Part shown: positions 1 through 9,149 of the stretch, in pieces
Numbering within the stretch: the first letter of the stretch is position 1
Layout: each line of letters opens with the position of its first letter
IMG/VR virus record: IMGVR_UViG_3300025646_000063
Coordinates: 1 to 49,035 of that record
DNA length: 49,035 nucleotides
Source of the DNA: a virus
Taxonomy: Duplodnaviria; Caudoviricetes
Strand: one strand, 5' to 3'
Translations under genes and position numbers: made by a program
Notes under the pieces: generated by a model
Told to the model about the DNA's origin: nothing
Database searches by the model: none
What the model saw: the letters and a program-made list of their open reading frames with translations, nothing else

Positions 1-1
1 G

Positions 2-121
2 GAAGCGCCCCCGCTTCCTGAGTTTGACATGGACAGCTTGCTGACAGTGCTTCTCGGAATGTTGGGGCTTGGAGGCCTGCGAACCTTTGAGAAAACCAAA
101 GGAGTGTCACGCGAAAAATGA
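2..121 (+). CDS. Holin, 3-TM (GTA-holin-like) family, 5'-truncated
   Basis: My frame-2 translation EAPPLPEFDMDSLLTVLLGMLGLGGLRTFEKTKGVSREK* matches the typical C-terminus of 3TM holins (LLGMLGLGGLRTFEK); lies upstream of an endolysin. Confidence 0.75.
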   Translation, partial: EAPPLPEFDMDSLLTVLLGMLGLGGLRTFEKTKGVSREK

Positions 122-321
122 TTACCCCTGATCAATTAAGCGCATGGCGTATTATTCCGCGTCTTTTGATGCTTATGATGTTGGTAATGACCTATCGCGT
201 TGTAGAGTGGTTTATGTTGCTACCTGACCCTAGCTTGGAGCAAGCGGGGCTTGTATCGGTCATGACCGGCGCTTTAACCGGTGCTTTTGGTTTGTTTTTA
301 GGGTCGGGCAAAAAAGAGTGA
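118..321 (+). CDS. Small 2-TM membrane protein (holin/antiholin-like)
   Basis: 67 aa with two hydrophobic segments; ATGA overlap with the holin and overlap with the endolysin. Confidence 0.55.
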   Translation: MITPDQLSAWRIIPRLLMLMMLVMTYRVVEWFMLLPDPSLEQAGLVSVMTGALTGAFGLFLGSGKKE

Positions 322-665
322 CATATCAATACTTTTCTAAGGAAGAGTTTGCTTGTTCAGAAACCGGAGAAAACAATATTTCTCATGAGTTTCTGCTAGA
401 GCTAGACAAGCTTCGTGATGCTTGTGGCTTTCCTTTCTATATTACCTCGGGGTATCGCTCCCCTGATCACAGCCTTGAACGTGTAAAAGTCAAGCCCGGA
501 ACTCATGCAGAAGGGATAGCGGCGGACATCTACGTGGAAAACGGCATTGAGCGGCGAAAAATTGTAGAAGAGGCAATAAAACTGGGTTTTGGTGGAATCG
601 GAGTGGCAAAAACGTTTGTCCACGTCGATATTCGCTCTACCGGCCCCGTAATGTGGACATATTAG
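318..665 (+). CDS. Endolysin, peptidase M15A family
   Basis: SGYRS, H-x6-D (HAEGIAAD) and FVHVD zinc motifs of Peptidase_M15_3. Confidence 0.85.
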   Translation: MTYQYFSKEEFACSETGENNISHEFLLELDKLRDACGFPFYITSGYRSPDHSLERVKVKPGTHAEGIAADIYVENGIERRKIVEEAIKLGFGGIGVAKTFVHVDIRSTGPVMWTY

Positions 666-721
666 TTGCTCCTTTAAGAATGGCGTGTTATATAGATACG
701 ACATTCTAAGATGGAGCGCAT

Positions 722-919
722 GTGGATTCTTTATATTTAGCTCAATTTATTCAAAGAGCCGTAAAAGATCGCCGCACTCAAATTTTAGAGTTGTTAGAAA
801 ACAACCACGTCAAGTCGATGGAGCAGTATCAAAACTTGATGGGTGAAATATCGGCTTTGAATTTTATTGCACAGGAACTCTCGGGCCTGCTAGAAAAACA
901 GGAGCAACTAAATGACTGA
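722..919 (+). CDS. Hypothetical phage protein
   Basis: GGAG RBS; helical 65 aa; overlaps the groES start. Confidence 0.6.
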   Translation: MDSLYLAQFIQRAVKDRRTQILELLENNHVKSMEQYQNLMGEISALNFIAQELSGLLEKQEQLND

Positions 920-1358
920 TCTAGCTGAAAAAATAGACCTTGACGCGGCGGCGGAAGGGGTCAAATCTCTTTACAAAGCACCTCAACCTAAAGTCCTAGA
1001 TCCGGAGGCCATGGATAAAAGCCTTCTGGAGCGTATGCCACAGCCAACTGGCTGGAGAATGCTAATTCTTCCTTATCGCGGCAAAGAAACTACGGAAGGG
1101 GGCATATATATCCCCAACAAGGTTTTGGACGATACGCAGATCCAGACCGTTGTGGGGTATGTGGTTAAGCAGGGTCCGCTTTGTTACAAGGACACAGAAA
1201 AGTTCCCAGATGGCCCATGGTGTACAGAAAAACAATGGGTTGTTTTTGCCAGATATGCGGGATCTCGGTTCCGTATCGATGGCGGGGAATGTCGCATTTT
1301 GAATGACGACGAAATCCTAGCAACAATCGATGATCCTGAAGACATTCTTAGCCTTTAA
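912..1358 (+). CDS. groES: Co-chaperonin GroES (Cpn10) with N-terminal extension
   Basis: PTGWRMLI, TEGGIYIP mobile loop, YAGSRF..DG..RILNDDEILA; AGGAG RBS. Confidence 0.9.
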   Translation: MTDLAEKIDLDAAAEGVKSLYKAPQPKVLDPEAMDKSLLERMPQPTGWRMLILPYRGKETTEGGIYIPNKVLDDTQIQTVVGYVVKQGPLCYKDTEKFPDGPWCTEKQWVVFARYAGSRFRIDGGECRILNDDEILATIDDPEDILSL

Positions 1359-1364
1359 GGAGGT

Positions 1365-2267
1365 GTGACTATGGCCAATGCGGCAGAAGATACTCAGTAT
1401 GAGTTAGACGTGGGGGATGCTGAAGAAACGGAAGTTGAGCTTGAGCAACCCGAAGAAAATGTTCCACGTGGAACAATAGTGGTTGAAGAAACTTCCGCTA
1501 AAGAAGACGCTGAAATCGAGCAATACAGCGAGTCTGTACAGAAGCGAATTAATCGCCTGACCAAGAAAATGCGGGATGCCGAGCGAGAGCGCGAGGAGGC
1601 GTTGAGATACGCTCAAAACGTGCAATCGGAGGCTGAAAAAATCCGTCAGCGCATGGAAACCTTAGATCAAGGCTTCATGAACGAATATGGTCAGCGGCTT
1701 TCGATTCAGCAACAGCAGGCAGAAGCCAATCTCAAGCGAGCAGTAGAGCTTGGTGACGCGGACGCTACGGTTGCGGCTCAGAAAGAATTGACCAATCTGA
1801 CTATTGCCGCAGATGGTTATTCAAGGGCACAGCGTCAAGCAGAGGCTCGCGCGCAACAGCCACGGCAACCTATTGCACAGCAACCTGCTCCGCAGGCCGC
1901 TCCGCAACAACAGCGCCCTGATCCAAAGGCCGAGCAGTGGGCGGAGAAAAACTCTTGGTTTGGCCAAGATGAAGCCATGACGTTTGCCGCGTTTGGCATA
2001 CATAAAAAACTTATTGAGGATGAAGGGTTTGATCCTCAGAGCGATGACTACTATAATGAGCTTGACTCTAGAATTAAGCGGGAATTCCCGCATAAGTTTG
2101 GAGAAGAGCAATCGCCCAGCCGCAAACCCGCTCAGAATGTGGCTGGAGTGTCACGCTCCACATCATCTGGGCGCAGTAAAAGGGTCAAACTCTCCCCGAC
2201 CCAAGTAGCAATTGCTAAAAAGTTGGGAGTGCCGCTTGAAGAATACGCGAAATACGTTAAGGAGTAA
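1365..2267 (+). CDS. Capsid scaffolding protein (putative)
   Basis: Acidic N-terminus, coiled coil, Q/P linker, C-terminal LSPTQVAIAKKLGVPLEEYAKY; upstream of the MCP. Confidence 0.7.
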   Translation: MTMANAAEDTQYELDVGDAEETEVELEQPEENVPRGTIVVEETSAKEDAEIEQYSESVQKRINRLTKKMRDAEREREEALRYAQNVQSEAEKIRQRMETLDQGFMNEYGQRLSIQQQQAEANLKRAVELGDADATVAAQKELTNLTIAADGYSRAQRQAEARAQQPRQPIAQQPAPQAAPQQQRPDPKAEQWAEKNSWFGQDEAMTFAAFGIHKKLIEDEGFDPQSDDYYNELDSRIKREFPHKFGEEQSPSRKPAQNVAGVSRSTSSGRSKRVKLSPTQVAIAKKLGVPLEEYAKYVKE

Positions 2268-2271
2268 TATT

Positions 2272-2754
2272 ATGTCCGCAGAGAAGAAAGGCTTTGAGGG
2301 CATTAAACGCTCCTCACGTGAAACAGCGTCAAGGGAGAAACAGGGACGGCGTAAGCCTTGGTCTCCCCCGTCTATGTTAGACGCCCCGCCTGCACCAGAA
2401 GGCTTTAAACATCGTTGGATTCGGGCTGAAGTACGTGGTTTTGATGACCGCAAAAATATTTCAGCAAGATTGAGAGAGGGTTACGAGCTTGTTCGACAAG
2501 ATGAGTACCCCGAGTTTGAAGCTCCGGTAATTGATTCAGGTAAATACGAGGGAGTGTTTGGCGTCGGCGGGTTGATGCTCGCACGTATTCCGCTAGAGAC
2601 AGTTCAGGAACGCGCTGAGTATTTTGCTCAACGTAACGCGGACCAAATCGAAGCTGTTGAAAGCGATATGTTGCGAGAAAACGCTCATCCAACGATGGCA
2701 ATCGGAAAACCCGAGCGCCAGAGTCGTGTAACTTTTGGCGGCCCCAAGAAATAG
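2272..2754 (+). CDS. Conserved head-module protein
   Basis: AAGGAG RBS then ATG at 2272; W.PPS.LDAP.APEGF.HRWIR motif seen next to capsid genes in marine podoviruses. Confidence 0.65.
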   Translation: MSAEKKGFEGIKRSSRETASREKQGRRKPWSPPSMLDAPPAPEGFKHRWIRAEVRGFDDRKNISARLREGYELVRQDEYPEFEAPVIDSGKYEGVFGVGGLMLARIPLETVQERAEYFAQRNADQIEAVESDMLRENAHPTMAIGKPERQSRVTFGGPKK

Positions 2755-2780
2755 GGCCGCACAGAACGGAGAAATAAACG

Positions 2781-3431
2781 ATGGCAAATCAAGAAACTGC
2801 CTTTGGTCTTCGTCCTGTTGGTCTTGTAGGAAGCGGTGCTAACAGTACCGGTGTTACTGAGTATGAAATTGCCAGTAACAACACTGATGTCATCTATAAT
2901 GGTGAGATTGTTGTTCCTCTAGCCGCAGGCGTAATTGGCCAAGCTGGAGACACTGCGGGCGGCACTACGCAAGCCCTTGGTGTACTTGTCGGGGTTCAAT
3001 ACCACGATTCCGTCCAGAAGAAGCCTGTATGGCTTAACTACTGGCCCGGATCAGGTAGCGTGTCAGTAGACACTAACTACCCGGTAAAAGCTCTTGTAGC
3101 TGACAACCCCAACCAACTGTTCGTCGTAGCGGCGGACGCCACCCTCACCAACCGAGCTACTGCACTGGCTACTGTTTTTGCCAACGCTAGCCTTGGCACT
3201 TCTGCACGTAGCGGTTCTACCGACACGGGCAAGTCAAGCGCCCAGCTTAGTGTTAGCAGTGTTGCTACTACTGCAACTCTGCCGCTTCGCATTGTAGGTC
3301 TGGTTGATGATGACGCGAATAACGATTACGCGTCAGCGGGGGCGCACCTGCTTGTTAGGCTGAACGCTCACTTTAACGCAGGCAGTCGTCGGTTTGATTC
3401 TCAAACCACTGCTGACTCAACTGGTATTTAA
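2781..3431 (+). CDS. Capsid decoration/minor capsid protein (putative)
   Basis: Beta-rich, MAN...FGLRP start, directly upstream of the MCP. Confidence 0.6.
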   Translation: MANQETAFGLRPVGLVGSGANSTGVTEYEIASNNTDVIYNGEIVVPLAAGVIGQAGDTAGGTTQALGVLVGVQYHDSVQKKPVWLNYWPGSGSVSVDTNYPVKALVADNPNQLFVVAADATLTNRATALATVFANASLGTSARSGSTDTGKSSAQLSVSSVATTATLPLRIVGLVDDDANNDYASAGAHLLVRLNAHFNAGSRRFDSQTTADSTGI

Positions 3432-3445
3432 GGGGGATTTAAGTA

Positions 3446-4351
3446 ATGGCTATTTCTCGCGCACAGTTGGCGAAGGAACTTGAGCCGGGGCTTAACGCTC
3501 TCTTTGGACTTGAGTACGACCGCTACGAAAAAGAGCACTCTGAAATCTTCGACGAAGAGTCTTCAGACCGTGCTTTTGAAGAAGAAGTAATGCTTTCAGG
3601 CTTCGGTACTGCACCGGTTAAGTCAGAAGGCGGCGCTATTTCGTTTGATGACGCGCAGGAGACTTTCACTGCACGTTACACTCACGAAACGATTGCACTG
3701 GCGTTTTCAATCACTGAAGAAGCGATTGAAGATAACCTGTATGATCGCCTTGCTTCTCGTTATACCCGTGCCCTTGCACGGTCTATGTCACAAACCAAGC
3801 AGATCAAAGCCGCTTCTATTCTGAACAACGCGTTCAGCACCAGCTTCCCTGTTGGTGACGGTGCGGCCCTGTGTTCTTCTGCCCACCCCTCTCTGTCTGG
3901 CAACCAGCGTAACCAATTGTCAACTGCGGCGGACCTCAACGAGACTTCTCTTGAGCAAATGCTGATTGACATCGCTAGTTTCACGGACGAGCGTGGTTTG
4001 AAGATCGCGGTACGTGGCATGAAGCTGATTATCCCGAAGGAACTGCAATTCATTGCAGAGCGAGTTATTAACTCTAACCTCCGTCCGGGTACGGCTGACA
4101 ACGACCTTAACGCCATGAAGTCTATGGGTATGATCCCTGACGGTGCTGTGGTAAACCACTTCTTGACCGATACGGACGCGTTCTTCATTAAGACCGATGC
4201 TCCTAACGGCTTTAAGTTGTTCAACCGTAGCCCGATTAAGACTGCTATGGAAGGTGACTTCGACACTGGCAACATGCGCTTCAAGGCGCGTGAGCGTTAC
4301 AGTTTCGGTGTTTCCGATTGGCGTTGCGTGTTCGGCTCTCCCGGAGCCTAA
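3446..4351 (+). CDS. Major capsid protein
   Basis: MAISRAQLAKELEPGLNALFG...KARERYSFGVSDWR; followed by a terminator. Confidence 0.9.
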   Translation: MAISRAQLAKELEPGLNALFGLEYDRYEKEHSEIFDEESSDRAFEEEVMLSGFGTAPVKSEGGAISFDDAQETFTARYTHETIALAFSITEEAIEDNLYDRLASRYTRALARSMSQTKQIKAASILNNAFSTSFPVGDGAALCSSAHPSLSGNQRNQLSTAADLNETSLEQMLIDIASFTDERGLKIAVRGMKLIIPKELQFIAERVINSNLRPGTADNDLNAMKSMGMIPDGAVVNHFLTDTDAFFIKTDAPNGFKLFNRSPIKTAMEGDFDTGNMRFKARERYSFGVSDWRCVFGSPGA

Positions 4352-4369
4352 TAGATCTTCGGATCTTAC

Positions 4370-4398
4370 AAGGGCGGCATTTGCCGCCCTTTCTTTTT
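4370..4398 (+). terminator. Rho-independent terminator after the MCP
   Basis: AAGGGCGGCA-TT-TGCCGCCCTT followed by a T-rich tail; small AGATC-TTCG-GATCT hairpin just upstream. Confidence 0.85.
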
Positions 4399-4409
4399 CC
4401 GTATAAAAT
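4381..4409 (+). promoter_or_regulatory. Putative sigma70 promoter overlapping the MCP terminator
   Basis: TTGCCG (4381) - 17 bp - TAAAAT (4404). Confidence 0.45.
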
Positions 4410-4466
4410 ACACGTATCCTGACATTCGCATGGGGCGAATGACATTTGCCACGACAGGAGATTTCC

Positions 4467-4682
4467 ATGGCTAACAGCACTTTTAACGGTCCCGTTCGTT
4501 CTGAAAACGGCTTCAAAGACATCACCAAAAACGCCACTACTGGCGCGGTGACTGAAAACATTTCAATTACTCACGACGGCACTAACAGCGTTGTGATTAT
4601 TAAGGATCTCCCAACATCCGATCCTTCTGTAGCGGGTCAGATTTACAGCAATGCTGGCGTATTGACTGTTTCGGCAGGCTAA
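4467..4682 (+). CDS. Small virion protein (putative)
   Basis: AGGAG RBS then MANSTFNGPVRSENGF; LPTSDP..AGQIY...GVL.VS C-terminal motif. Confidence 0.6.
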   Translation: MANSTFNGPVRSENGFKDITKNATTGAVTENISITHDGTNSVVIIKDLPTSDPSVAGQIYSNAGVLTVSAG

Positions 4683-4702
4683 TCAACTAGAGGGTCTGCT
4701 AA

Positions 4703-4975
4703 ATGGCTAATTCAGACGTAAAATCAAAGCGTCTGACCGCGACAGGCTCCGCTGGTGTGGGGCCTGCGCGTATTCGCCAGATTCAAGTCTTGACCACCAC
4801 GGGTACTCCACGGCTGACCATCACAGATGGCAACGGCGGCAGTACCGTGTTGGATTTAGACTTTGTTGCAAGCGAAACGCACTCGGTCAACATCCCCGAC
4901 GAGGGGATAAAAGTCTCTGATATTTATATTAGTGTTTTGACAAACATTACTGCGCTAACTGTCTTCTACAGTTAA
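4703..4975 (+). CDS. Small virion protein (putative)
   Basis: 90 aa beta-rich ORF in the structural operon. Confidence 0.6.
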   Translation: MANSDVKSKRLTATGSAGVGPARIRQIQVLTTTGTPRLTITDGNGGSTVLDLDFVASETHSVNIPDEGIKVSDIYISVLTNITALTVFYS

Positions 4976-4984
4976 GGGTTTTTT

Positions 4985-5788
4985 ATGGCTCGGGAAGTTT
5001 CTTCAATTACTCGAATAGGCACTAGCGAGCCATTTGAGCTACAGATAGCGCGTGGCCAGATTGCTTATCATGAGTCTGTTTACAAGTTTGGCAACAATCC
5101 GGCAGTTGGGGACTCCATAGAAACCATTTGGTCGCAGGGTGGACTGTATTCATACCTGTCTGCGGCGACTGTGTTGAAGGTTTCCAGTAGCTCCACCAAT
5201 GACGCTTCGGCGGGCACGGGGGCCAGAACCGTTGAGTTGTTTGGACTTGATGGCGATTACAACGAAATATCAGAGACTGTCACCCTAAATGGGCAGACGG
5301 CGGTCAACACCACGCAGTCTTATCTGCGGATAAACCGGATGATTGTCCGGTCTGCGGGGTCTGGAGAGGCAAACGCAGGGAACATCTATGCGGGCACCGG
5401 CACTGTCACCACGGGCGTACCAGCAAACATTTATGCAATTATCAACGGGGACGGCTCAAACCAGACCCTGATGGCGCTGTGGACTGTACCGGCGGGCTAT
5501 ACAGCCTATCTGATGCAATATGATGTTTCTAACGGAACAACATCAAACACGCCAGCAGTATGTAAGCTATCGCTGGTTGCAAGGCCGTTTGGCGAGGTAT
5601 TTCAGGTCAAGGATGTGAAATCGCTCACCACGGGGATGCACATCGAAAACACGCTTATTGTCCCAGTTAAATTTACGGAAAAAACAGATATTGAGGCGCG
5701 GGCGATTTCTTCCTCAAACAGCGTGTCTTTTGATATATCAGCCGCTTTTGAGATTATCTACATCAAAAACGGCGATGAGTTAGCGTAA
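4985..5788 (+). CDS. Virion structural protein (putative)
   Basis: 267 aa T/S/G-rich; D...GTGARTV...GLD motif. Confidence 0.6.
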   Translation: MAREVSSITRIGTSEPFELQIARGQIAYHESVYKFGNNPAVGDSIETIWSQGGLYSYLSAATVLKVSSSSTNDASAGTGARTVELFGLDGDYNEISETVTLNGQTAVNTTQSYLRINRMIVRSAGSGEANAGNIYAGTGTVTTGVPANIYAIINGDGSNQTLMALWTVPAGYTAYLMQYDVSNGTTSNTPAVCKLSLVARPFGEVFQVKDVKSLTTGMHIENTLIVPVKFTEKTDIEARAISSSNSVSFDISAAFEIIYIKNGDELA

Positions 5789-6072
5789 TGGCTACCACCA
5801 AAGATGTAGAAAGACTTCCTTCGGGCCGTTTAAAGTATCGAGGTGAGACGTTTTCTGGATATAACAAGCCCAAGAAAACGCCCGGCAAGTCAAAGAAGAG
5901 CGCCGTTTTGGCTAAAAAAGGCAGTGAAATAAAGCTTGTTCGTTTTGGTGACCCCAACATGTCGATCAAAAAAGACCAGCCGGGGCGCAGAAGTAACTTT
6001 AGGGCGCGACATAATTGCGATACTGCAAAAGACAAGTTTTCTCCTAGATATTGGTCTTGCAAGGCGTGGTAG
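5788..6072 (+). CDS. Small basic protein (DUF6321-like)
   Basis: KLVRFGDPNM..RRSNFRARHNC...YWSC; very K/R-rich. Confidence 0.6.
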   Translation: MATTKDVERLPSGRLKYRGETFSGYNKPKKTPGKSKKSAVLAKKGSEIKLVRFGDPNMSIKKDQPGRRSNFRARHNCDTAKDKFSPRYWSCKAW

Positions 6073-6074
6073 AC

Positions 6075-6278
6075 ATGAGGGTAGAAGAAGTTTTATCTCG
6101 GCTTGAAAAGCACGAAGCGGAATGCAATTTGCGTTATAAGCGTATTGAAGAGCGGTTAGACGACCAAAAAGAAATGGTGTCAAAAAATTCTGAAGCGTTG
6201 ACGCGTTTAGATATGAAGATTTGGGGCCTTGCCATATTAATCATTGTTTCGCCATTTGCGGCCAAACTTTGGAGCTAA
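6075..6278 (+). CDS. Coiled-coil protein with C-terminal TM helix
   Basis: HEAECNLRY coiled coil then IWGLAILIIV. Confidence 0.55.
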   Translation: MRVEEVLSRLEKHEAECNLRYKRIEERLDDQKEMVSKNSEALTRLDMKIWGLAILIIVSPFAAKLWS

Positions 6279-6279
6279 C

Positions 6280-6516
6280 ATGGGCGGTTGCGGATCTAGG
6301 GTAAAAACCGGCCCCAAGCAGGGAAAAGTCACCGTTACATATCTGCGAAGAGGCGGGGACGCGTCGAGCAGGAGTCAAGGTAGTAAGATTTGTCCGGCGG
6401 GTAAGGCATGGGCCAAGCGCACGTTTGACACATACCCTTCTGCTTACGCCAACATGGCGGCCAGCAAGTTCTGTAAAGACCCTAATTATGCCAAAAAGGC
6501 AAAAGGCAAAGCCTGA
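6280..6516 (+). CDS. Small basic protein
   Basis: GGAG RBS, ATG at 6280; YPSAYAN motif; K-rich. Confidence 0.6.
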   Translation: MGGCGSRVKTGPKQGKVTVTYLRRGGDASSRSQGSKICPAGKAWAKRTFDTYPSAYANMAASKFCKDPNYAKKAKGKA

Positions 6517-6839
6517 TGGGCGAATTAGCTAAATGGCGAGATCAAAAATGGGTTCGTATTGATAGCAGTGGCAACATTGCTGGCGAGTGCGGCACGTCTA
6601 AGAACAAGAAAAACCCTGATCGTTGTTTGCCGCTTTCTAAAGCTAAAAGCTTGAGCAAATCAGAACGTGCCGCTACGGCGCGCAAAAAGAAGCGCGAGGG
6701 CGCAAAAGGTAAGCAGGTTGTTTCAAATACCAAGGCGGCCAAGGTACAAATGGCCGCTTGTGGCGGGGAAGTACGAAAAAATCACAAAGGTTGTGGTGCG
6801 GTGATGTCCGACCGCAGAAAAAAAACTAGGTATGCCTGA
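6516..6839 (+). CDS. Small basic protein (DUF5872-like)
   Basis: LAKW..QKWV..CG...CLP..KA; K/R-rich; TGATG coupling to the previous ORF. Confidence 0.55.
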   Translation: MGELAKWRDQKWVRIDSSGNIAGECGTSKNKKNPDRCLPLSKAKSLSKSERAATARKKKREGAKGKQVVSNTKAAKVQMAACGGEVRKNHKGCGAVMSDRRKKTRYA

Positions 6840-6841
6840 TC

Positions 6842-7402
6842 ATGGACGTAGAAAAAGGCGTTATGGAGGAAATCAAGGCTTGGTCTAAACAAGCTTTAGA
6901 GGCCCCTCACCCGTTTTTTAACAACCTTCCGGCTTGTCCTTATGCCCAAACTGCTTGGGCTAACGACAAAGTCGGATTTTGCTTTAGCTACACCGCCAAA
7001 CGTCAGGGTTTGTACTCGGCGCTATCTCAGTTTGACGACCGCTGGGATGTGATTTGTTACGTTGAGTTTCAATATGAGCCTGATGCGGAGTCTTTTCACG
7101 ACTACATTGCCTCCATTAACCATGCTATTTCTATGGGTTTTTTCATTCAGAAAGACCTGTGGGTCATGGGCTTTCACCCGGATGACGCTCAAGAAGAAGC
7201 ATTTGATGTGCCTTTTGAGCCAGTAGTCGATGATTTGTATGCAATAACCTTTATTCAGAGGCTGTCTAAGCTGGAAAAATCGGCGGAAATGCTAAGAGAA
7301 AAAGGGTATTATGAGAATTATTTAAAAGACCCGGAGATGGCACATCTTTGGGACGAGCGGCAAGAAACATACAGGAGATTATGCGATGCCGGGATCAAAT
7401 AG
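6842..7402 (+). CDS. Hypothetical acidic protein (possibly DUF1415-like)
   Basis: CPYA and GFHP motifs. Confidence 0.5.
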   Translation: MDVEKGVMEEIKAWSKQALEAPHPFFNNLPACPYAQTAWANDKVGFCFSYTAKRQGLYSALSQFDDRWDVICYVEFQYEPDAESFHDYIASINHAISMGFFIQKDLWVMGFHPDDAQEEAFDVPFEPVVDDLYAITFIQRLSKLEKSAEMLREKGYYENYLKDPEMAHLWDERQETYRRLCDAGIK

Positions 7403-7529
7403 AAAGATGGCGAAAAAGAAGCAAGCACCAATCAAAAGAATGCGCGGCGGCCCTGCGATGTTGAAAAAAGGTGGTGACGCGTCAGGCAAGGCGGCGGTTC
7501 GTAGTTCTTGCCCAAGTAAAGGCCTCTAA
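7386..7529 (+). CDS. Small basic protein, 47 aa (absent from the ORF track)
   Basis: AGGAG RBS; MPGSNRKMAKKKQAPIKRMRGGPAMLKKGGDASGKAAVRSSCPSKGL*; fills the gap before 7532. Confidence 0.65.
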   Translation: MPGSNRKMAKKKQAPIKRMRGGPAMLKKGGDASGKAAVRSSCPSKGL

Positions 7530-7531
7530 AC

Positions 7532-8200
7532 ATGGCTGTTTCGGGTTCAACCAACTTTGAGCTAGATGTAAGCGATTACATCGAAGAGGCGTTTGAGCGG
7601 TGCGGGCTAGAAGTTCGTACTGGTTATGACCTTAAAACGGCCAAACGGTCGTTGAACCTGATGCTGGGCGATTGGGCCAACCGTGGTTTGAATCAATGGA
7701 CTATTGAGCAAACTACGGTAGTTTTGACGCAAGGCACGGGAAACTACGCCCTTGGTTCCTCGACAATTGACGTTTTAAACGCTGTAGTACGGCGTAGCAA
7801 CACGGATTACGCTTTAGAGCGGATTAGTCGTAGTGACTTCATCAATATTCCCACTAAGACGCAACAAGGTCGCCCGTCTCAATTTTTTGTGGATAGGCAG
7901 ATAGATCCTACGTTGAAACTTTGGCCAGTGCCTGAAAACAGCACTGACACGGTGATTATTGACAAGCTTGTACGGATGGACGACGCCGATACGTTTACCA
8001 ACACCATGGATATTCCGTTCCGGTTTTATCCCTGTTTAGCGGCAGGATTAGCGTATTACCTTGCCATCAAACGCGCCCCTGACCGCGTACAGCTTCTCAA
8101 GGCGGTGTATGAGGAAGAATTTGAGCGAGCCGCATCAGAGGATAGGGATCGCGCTTCGTTCAATATACAGCCTTCTATGGCGTACTCAAGGCTCCTCTAA
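7532..8200 (+). CDS. Head-tail adaptor / tail tubular protein (putative)
   Basis: IEEAFERCG, WANRGLNQW, GRPSQFF..LWPVP motifs typical of podovirus adaptors. Confidence 0.65.
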   Translation: MAVSGSTNFELDVSDYIEEAFERCGLEVRTGYDLKTAKRSLNLMLGDWANRGLNQWTIEQTTVVLTQGTGNYALGSSTIDVLNAVVRRSNTDYALERISRSDFINIPTKTQQGRPSQFFVDRQIDPTLKLWPVPENSTDTVIIDKLVRMDDADTFTNTMDIPFRFYPCLAAGLAYYLAIKRAPDRVQLLKAVYEEEFERAASEDRDRASFNIQPSMAYSRLL

Positions 8201-8505
8201 TGGGGAAGTTTGCTACAGGGAAGTTTGCTTACGGCATTTCTGACCGCTCCGGATTTCGTTACAAGCTTAACGAAATGAAGCGGGAGTGGACCGGAATGTT
8301 GGTTGGCCGTGACGAATACGAGCCAAAACAGCCTCAGTTGGAGCCGCGTGTCAAGGCGGTAGATCCGCAGGCCCTTCTTAATCCACGCCCAGATCGTGTA
8401 GAGCCTTTGGACGTGCCCGTAGCGGTCCCCCTTGTGGAGGGGCCTGCATTTAGGCCAACAGTAGGGTTTGGCATTGCTGGTGCAGTAACGGTGACGACAT
8501 CATGA
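8200..8505 (+). CDS. Conserved virion-associated protein
   Basis: SDRSGFRY...EW.G..V..DE.EPK.PQL; coupled to both neighbours. Confidence 0.6.
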   Translation: MGKFATGKFAYGISDRSGFRYKLNEMKREWTGMLVGRDEYEPKQPQLEPRVKAVDPQALLNPRPDRVEPLDVPVAVPLVEGPAFRPTVGFGIAGAVTVTTS

Positions 8506-9149
8506 GTTTCACATACGGTGAATTAAAGCAGGCAATACAAGATTACGCGGAAAACGACGAAACCACGTTTGTTAACAACTTGCCTGTTTTTATTCGTAAT
8601 GCGGAAGAGCGCATTTTTAAAATGGTGCAACTTACGGACTTCCGTAAGAATGCGTTGGGTAACACCACGGGTAGCATCAAATATTTAGATTGCCCGTCCG
8701 ATTTTTTGGCTCCATTGTCCTTGTCTCTTGAGGTTTCTGGCGAAAAAGTTTTTATTGATTATAAGGACGTTAACTTTTTACAGACATATGCCCCGGATAG
8801 CTCTGCCACGGGAGCGCCTAAATATTACGCGTTGTTTGACCGTGATAACTTTATCTTAGCGCCTACGCCGGATGCCGCTTATGTGGCAGAACTGCATTAT
8901 TACTACCGACCTGCCAGCTTAACCAGCTTAACGGATAGCGGCACTTCTTGGTTGAGCGAAAACGCTCCCTTAGCCATGCTTTATGGCAGTCTTTTGGAGG
9001 CATACACTTTCATGAAAGGCGAGCCAGATATGATCGCGCTGTACACGCAACAGCTTCAAATGGCGTTGGCGGGCATGAAACAGTTTGGTGAGAACAAAGA
9101 AGTTACGGATCAGTATCGCACTGGGATGCTAATAAGGCCTAAACAATGA
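8502..9149 (+). CDS. Tail tubular/adaptor protein (putative)
   Basis: FI..AEERI, G.PKYYA, APTPD..Y..ELHYYY, LYGSLLEAY motifs. Confidence 0.65.
   Translation: MSFTYGELKQAIQDYAENDETTFVNNLPVFIRNAEERIFKMVQLTDFRKNALGNTTGSIKYLDCPSDFLAPLSLSLEVSGEKVFIDYKDVNFLQTYAPDSSATGAPKYYALFDRDNFILAPTPDAAYVAELHYYYRPASLTSLTDSGTSWLSENAPLAMLYGSLLEAYTFMKGEPDMIALYTQQLQMALAGMKQFGENKEVTDQYRTGMLIRPKQ

Noticed and set aside
3760-4561. Long antisense ORFs over the capsid gene (similar ones at 18888-19325, 45579-46133, 47975-48508)
   Set aside because: Shadow ORFs caused by codon bias of the real genes; no recognisable motifs or RBS
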